A stretch of 63,924 nucleotides of DNA, filler included, from Lama guanicoe (lineage: Eukaryota): the NCBI GenBank assembly GCA_013239625.1. It is 182 parts of 182 records of this genome, joined end to end, with 100 filler letters (N's around TTAATTAATTAA, not from the genome) between each part and the next. Parts side by side here need not be neighbours in the genome. Positions count along the whole stretch, not along the records: positions 62,265 to 62,516 come from PNXV01048709.1; positions 62,617 to 62,868 come from PNXV01048710.1; positions 62,969 to 63,220 come from PNXV01048711.1; positions 63,321 to 63,572 come from PNXV01048712.1; positions 63,673 to 63,924 come from PNXV01048713.1; 177 more parts are not named here. One strand, written 5' to 3'. The notes beneath the pieces are model-generated. The model was given only the letters and a program-made list of their open reading frames with translations, had not been told where the DNA came from and did no database searches. The position numbers and the translations under genes are program-made. Of the stretch, positions 62,165 to 63,924 are shown piece by piece (the first letter of the stretch is position 1; every line of letters begins with the position of its first letter).

Positions 62165-63419
62165 NNNNNNNNNNNNNNNNNNNNNNNNNNNNNNNNNNNN
62201 NNNNNNNNTTAATTAATTAANNNNNNNNNNNNNNNNNNNNNNNNNNNNNNNNNNNNNNNNNNNNTTTTTTTTTCACCTCTGGAGAGTCTGCCTCCTTACA
62301 AGTGTGTGAAATCATCACTGCAATCAAGATAACGAATCTACACTACTTCCCAAAGTGTCCTTATGCTCCTTTGTAATCTTTCCCTCTTGCCCATCCCGAT
62401 CCTCTTGTTCAAAAAAATTCTGAGATGCTGTCTGTCACAATGGGTTAGTGTGTATTTTTTAAACTCATAAATTAAATATTATGGTATGTACCTTTTGGGG
62501 GAGTTTGACTTTTTTTNNNNNNNNNNNNNNNNNNNNNNNNNNNNNNNNNNNNNNNNNNNNTTAATTAATTAANNNNNNNNNNNNNNNNNNNNNNNNNNNN
62601 NNNNNNNNNNNNNNNNCTGGAAGGGGCCTTCGAGCCGATCAGCCCTTCCGCATCGTGGCCTCTGCACTGTTGGACTCTTCCACTTTGTCTTGCCTTGTAG
62701 AAGTGCCTCGCTTGCACAAGACTGCAAGCTCCCTGAAGGCAGCCCAGAGGAAGTGCTTCGTACACCTTCTCTAAGGTTCCACAAACATTCTCCCCTCTCT
62801 AGAAAAGGAGGAACCCAATGATGGCCCGTTGTCAGAGGAAAATTCAGTCCAGACTAATGCATTTTGTGNNNNNNNNNNNNNNNNNNNNNNNNNNNNNNNN
62901 NNNNNNNNNNNNTTAATTAATTAANNNNNNNNNNNNNNNNNNNNNNNNNNNNNNNNNNNNNNNNNNNNAAGGAGGTCCTCACTCCTAGAAATTCAGCTTC
63001 CATAGATCTCAGTAGAGAGTGAACATGTTTATTTTTAAAATTGTCTCAGGATTTTAAAAGTTATATCTGTGCTTTTGACTTTATAGATTATGTGACAGTT
63101 AAAATTACTTTCTAGCTTATCTATCTTTTATAAGAAATCAGGGTTTTTTACGTATCACACATTACGAATTGAGAATTTAGTATTAAGTCTTACTTCTATT
63201 GTTATCGCTTTTAATTAAATNNNNNNNNNNNNNNNNNNNNNNNNNNNNNNNNNNNNNNNNNNNNTTAATTAATTAANNNNNNNNNNNNNNNNNNNNNNNN
63301 NNNNNNNNNNNNNNNNNNNNAGCATTACTCTCCTCCTCCTGCAGCTCGCTGCTTAGCCTAAAAAAATATCTCCATGGACAGTAGGCCTCCAAGGTAGAAA
63401 TGAAACATGGCTTTGTAAA

Positions 63420-63572
63420 TAGAGTATGGTCTTTGGAGTCAGAAACTCTGCCATTTGTTGTCTGGGCAACTTCAGATGTTTCCATCTTAAAGGGTTTCAT
63501 GGTGAAGGTTATTGAGGATTAAATGAGTTTGTACTTGGAAAGTATCTACTACAGAGCCTTATAGTTCCTAGA
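63420..63572 (+). mobile_element. MIR SINE
   Basis: ctttggagtcaga...ctctgccattt...tgggcaac...gaggattaaatgag. Confidence 0.7.
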
Positions 63573-63924
63573 NNNNNNNNNNNNNNNNNNNNNNNNNNNN
63601 NNNNNNNNNNNNNNNNTTAATTAATTAANNNNNNNNNNNNNNNNNNNNNNNNNNNNNNNNNNNNNNNNNNNNGAAAATGTGCATTTCAAGAAATAGACAT
63701 AAACACTTTTCAGGACCTGAGTACACAATTTACCTTTCAGGGATTAGTGGGCTTCCATTTATTTCTATGAGAAATGTTTAAAACAACAGAACAACAGCTG
63801 AGATAGCATTTAATGTAACTTTTATGTCTTAGTGAATATAAAGCCACCTGATAATTATCATGTTTACTTTATTTAATCTCACTCTCTTACTTTACCTTCC
63901 CAACTTCCTCCACAAAATGATGGT

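Larger units (their letters stand above)
252..63672. other. Synthetic scaffolding spacer N44-TTAATTAATTAA-N44 repeated about 181 times between unplaced micro-contigs
   Basis: First copy is N 252-295, TTAATTAATTAA 296-307, N 308-351. An identical 100-bp unit recurs every 351-352 bp. The 12-mer is self-complementary with TAA in all frames. Confidence 0.99.

Noticed and set aside
647..63500. ORF-track proteins ending in X-runs, '...XN' or '...XLIN'
   Set aside because: They are inflated by translating N runs and terminated by linker stops. Only SVEP1, the ERV RT and L1 ORF2 among them have recognisable homology.
296..63628. CRISPR-like array: constant repeat with unique, equal-length 'spacers'
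   Set aside because: The repeat is a 12-nt synthetic palindrome embedded in fixed N runs, the 'spacers' are 251-252 bp mammalian DNA, and there are no cas genes or leader.

Overview
This is not contiguous DNA. It is an artificial concatenation of about 182 unrelated mammalian micro-contigs, 251 bp each up to 10430 and mostly 252 bp afterwards. They are joined by a constant 100-bp spacer, N44-TTAATTAATTAA-N44, a palindrome that puts stops in all six frames. Adjacency between fragments therefore has no biological meaning, and most listed ORFs are artefacts of reading into the spacer. Two tRNA-derived SINEs of the vic-1 type point to a camelid. Fragment content is mostly L1/L2/MIR/MaLR/ERV1/hAT/Tigger debris. 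Recognisable pieces are SVEP1 exon 1, an ABCA8/9-like exon, a complete ANKRD26-family exon, a diverged HERC2 exon copy, a ZNF532 pseudogene, a fully open betaretroviral RT segment, a tRNA-Gln(CTG) relic, an ND4L/ND4 NUMT and a TTAGGG-derived satellite. Several old repeats are strongly shifted to G/C. I find no support for a novel multi-gene system. The best leads are the open betaretroviral RT, the diverged HERC2 copy and the GC-shifted repeats. All gene and repeat names come from recalled sequence similarity, not from database searches.
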